Of a DNA stretch of 8,771 nt, positions 8,513 to 8,771 are shown piece after piece. Source of the DNA: Tubiluchus corallicola (lineage: Eukaryota > Animalia > Priapulida); NCBI GenBank assembly GCA_030141605.1, contig JAQGDQ010002208.1:1-8771 (forward strand). The letters run 5' to 3'. The position numbers and the translations under genes are program-made. Each line of letters opens with the position of its first letter. The stretch's first letter is position 1. The notes under the pieces are model-generated. The model searched no databases and had not been told where the DNA came from. It worked only from the letters and a program-made list of their open reading frames with translations.

Positions 8513-8608
8513 AAGCCAAAGTTAACTGTATATTTGTACAAGGGTTTGACAGAATTAGGCCTACCTAAAAGTACAAACAGTGAATGGATAAAGATGGATT
8601 CCGCTTTT
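8513..8608. repeat. Dispersed direct repeat, copy 2 (96 bp)
   Basis: About 94% identical to 7069-7164. AATTTACTGTA occurs shortly upstream of both copies (~7025 and ~8491). Confidence 0.95.
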
Positions 8609-8771
8609 CGAAATCCTAAAATAATTATGAAAATGTAAGACATTACCAGAAACGTATTAACTGATACTTTACGTTGGTTTTATGACTTAATAACACGCCA
8701 AATGTCAGCATAATAATCGGTCCATGTGACGACGCAAATAGCCACCAAAGTAGTTTTCATTTTGCTATGAG

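Noticed and set aside
7069-8608. LTR retrotransposon/TRIM bounded by the 96-bp repeats
   Set aside because: No clear TG..CA termini, primer-binding site, polypurine tract or target-site duplication seen.

Overview
AT-rich, apparently eukaryotic DNA (probably an invertebrate animal, judging from GT-AG splice signals and ACATGT/TAGGCCTA motifs; the taxon is inferred). I recognise no protein-coding gene, transposase, tRNA/rRNA or CRISPR array. Bases 1-6830 are an unusually dense mosaic of about ten different tandem arrays (units of 72-73, ~60, 74, 68-69, 66, ~194, 93, ~94, 29 and 52 bp), ranging from near-perfect to heavily decayed, and most units carry a short inverted repeat. Nearly all listed ORFs are by-products of these arrays. 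One short acidic exon-like segment lies at 1916-2013. Bases ~6975-8771 look different: a TCT/ETS-type promoter motif is followed by four tiny + strand exon candidates with no long spliced ORF, introns containing hairpins, and a 96-bp segment present twice. This resembles a non-coding host gene for intronic small RNAs (snoRNA/miRNA-like), but that is an unconfirmed inference.
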